The position numbers were made by a program, and so were the translations under genes. Below are positions 61,701 to 64,000 of a stretch of DNA of 64,000 nt, piece after piece (within the stretch, counting starts at the first letter, position 1; each line of letters begins with the position of its first letter). Under the pieces are notes generated by a model. That model was given only the letters and a program-made list of their open reading frames with translations, was not told where the DNA came from and made no database searches. Origin of the DNA: Squalus acanthias (taxonomy: Eukaryota); NCBI GenBank assembly GCA_030390025.1, contig JASTWF010000350.1, positions 310,001 to 374,000 on the forward strand. The letters run 5' to 3'.

Positions 61701-64000
61701 ATATTCTGACACAGAGGATCCCGGGAGTGATAATACACTTACACAGGGGATCATGGGAGTGATAATACTCTGACACAGGGGATCCCGGGATTGATAATAC
61801 TCTGACACAGGGGATCATGGGAGTGATAATACTCTGACACAAAGGATCATGGGAGTGATAATACTCTGACACAGGGGATCATGGGAGTGATAATACTCTG
61901 ACACAGAGGATCCGGGAGTGATAATACTCTGACACAGAGGATCCCGGGAGTGATAATACTCTGACACAGAGGATCCCGGGAGTGATAATACTCTGACACA
62001 GGGGATCATGGGAGTGATAATACTCTGACACAGAGGATCCCGGGAGTGATAATACTCTGACACAGAGGATCCCGGGAGTGATAATACTCTGACACAGGGG
62101 ATCAGGGAGTGATAATACTCTGACACAGAGGATCCCGGAGTGATAATACTCTGACACAGGGATCCCGGGAGTGATAATACTCTGACACAGGGGATCCCGG
62201 GAGTGATAATACTCTGACACAGGGATTCCCGGGAGTGATAATACTCTGACACAGGGATCCCGGGAGTGATAATACTCTGACACAGAGGATCCCGGGAGTG
62301 ATAATACTCTGACACAGGGGATCATGGGAGTGATAATACTCTGACACAGAGGATCATGGGAGTGATAATACTCTGACACAGGGGATCATGGGAGTGATAA
62401 TACTCTGACACAGAGGATCCCAGGAGTTATAATACTCTGACACAGAGGTCATGGGAGTGATAATACTCTGACACAGGGGATCATGGGAGTGATAATACTC
62501 TGACACAGAGGATCATGGGAGTGCTAATACTCTGACACAGAGGATCATGGGAGTGATAATAATCTGATACAGGGGATCATGGGAGTGATAATACTTTGAC
62601 ATAGAGGATCATGGGAGTGATAATACTCTGACACAGAGGATCCCGGGAGTGATAATACTCTGACACAGGGGATCATGGGAGTAATAATACTCTGACACAG
62701 AGGATCATGGGAGTGATAATACTCAGACACAGGGGATCATGGGAGTGATAATACTCTGACACAGGGGGTCCCGGGATTGATAATACTCTGACACAAAGGA
62801 TCCCGGAAGTGATAATACTCTGACACATGGTTCCCGCGAGTGATAATACTCTGACATAGGGGATCCCGGGAGTGATAATACTCTGACACAGGGATCCCGG
62901 GAGTGATAATACTCTGACACAGGGATTCCCGGGAGTGATAATACTCTGACACAGGGGGTCCCGGGAGTGATAATACTCTGACACAGGGGATCATGGGAGT
63001 GATAATACGCTGACAAAGGGGATCATGGGAGTGATAATACTCTGACACAGATAATCTCAGGAGTGATAATACTCTGACACAGGTGATCATGGGAGTGATA
63101 ATATTCTGACACAGGGGATCATGGGAGTGATATTACACTGAAACAGAGGATCCATGGAGTGATATTACTCTGACATAGATAATCCCGGGAGTGATAATAC
63201 TCTGACAAAGGGGATCCCGTGAATGATAATACTCTGACACAGGGGATCATGGGAGTGATAATACTCTGACACAGGGGATCATGGGATTGATAATACTCTG
63301 ACAATGGGGATCATGGGAGTGATAATACTCAGACACAGAGGATCCTGGGAGTGATAATATTCTGACACAGATAATCCCAGGAGTCATAATACCCTGACAC
63401 AGAGGATCCCGGGAGTGATAATGCTCTGAAAACAGAGGTCTTCGGAGAGATAATACTCTGACAAAGAGGATCATGGGAGTGATAATACTCTGACCCAGGG
63501 GATCATGTGAGTGATATTACTCTGACACAGAGGATCCATGGAGTGATAATACTCTGACACAGGGGATCCCAGGAGTGATAATACTCTGACACAGAAGATC
63601 CCGGGATTGATAATACTCTGACACCGGGGATCATGGGAGTGATAATACTCTGACACAGGGGATCATGGGAGGGCTAATACTCCGACACCGGGGATCATGT
63701 GAGTGATAATACTTTGACGCAGGCGATCCCGTGAGTGATAATACTCTGACAAAGAGGATCCCGGGAGTGATATTACTCTGACACAGGGGATCATGGGAGT
63801 GATAATATTCTGACACAAATGATCATGGGAGTGATAATACTCTGACACAGGGGATCCTGGGAGTGATAATACACTGACACAGAGGATCCCAGGAGTGATA
63901 TTACTCTGACACAGGAGATCATGGTTGTGATAATACTCTGACACAGAGGATCCGGGGAGTGATAAAACTCTGACACAGAGGATCCGGGGAGTGATAATAC
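40735..64000. repeat. 32-bp satellite (CTCTGACACAGRGGATC[CC/AT]GGGAGTGATAATA), about 725 copies, runs off the window
   Basis: Direct reading; period 32; recurring variant monomers define higher-order units. Confidence 0.99.

Noticed and set aside
40634..63976. Dozens of ORFs with SEYYHSHDPLCQSIITP / CVRVLSLPGS repeats
   Set aside because: They are the three frames of a 32-bp satellite cycling into each other, broken at random by stops and indels, with no gene structure.
40735..64000. CRISPR-like regular 32-bp periodicity
   Set aside because: No unique spacers and no cas genes; vertebrate context; head-to-tail satellite.

Overview
Eukaryotic, repeat-rich vertebrate DNA, almost certainly from a shark (elasmobranch). 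The only host gene is glutamine synthetase (glul), on the minus strand. Its seven coding exons were mapped base by base with GT-AG boundaries: a 374-aa cytosolic form starts at 25921, and a 403-aa form uses a 95-nt cassette exon (26716-26810) that adds a 29-aa mitochondrial presequence. A TATA/CCAAT promoter lies at about 27170-27290. Downstream (1-17 kb) is a nest of retroelements: CR1 copies (one with an intact 951-aa ORF2), RTE, a Zenon/L2-like LINE, Penelope-like pieces and a Harbinger-type MITE. Upstream (28-64 kb) is almost all tandem repeat: a 32-bp minisatellite expanded inside a DeuSINE, a 57-bp array, and a 32-bp satellite over 23 kb long with higher-order structure. The most striking unexplained signals surround the mitochondrial-targeting exon: seven UGCAUG (Rbfox) motifs with G-runs just downstream of its weak donor, and an exon-1 ATG whose reading frame flips with exon inclusion. 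The hundreds of ORFs in the repeat arrays are artefacts. Family names for repeats come from recalled consensus features, not database searches.
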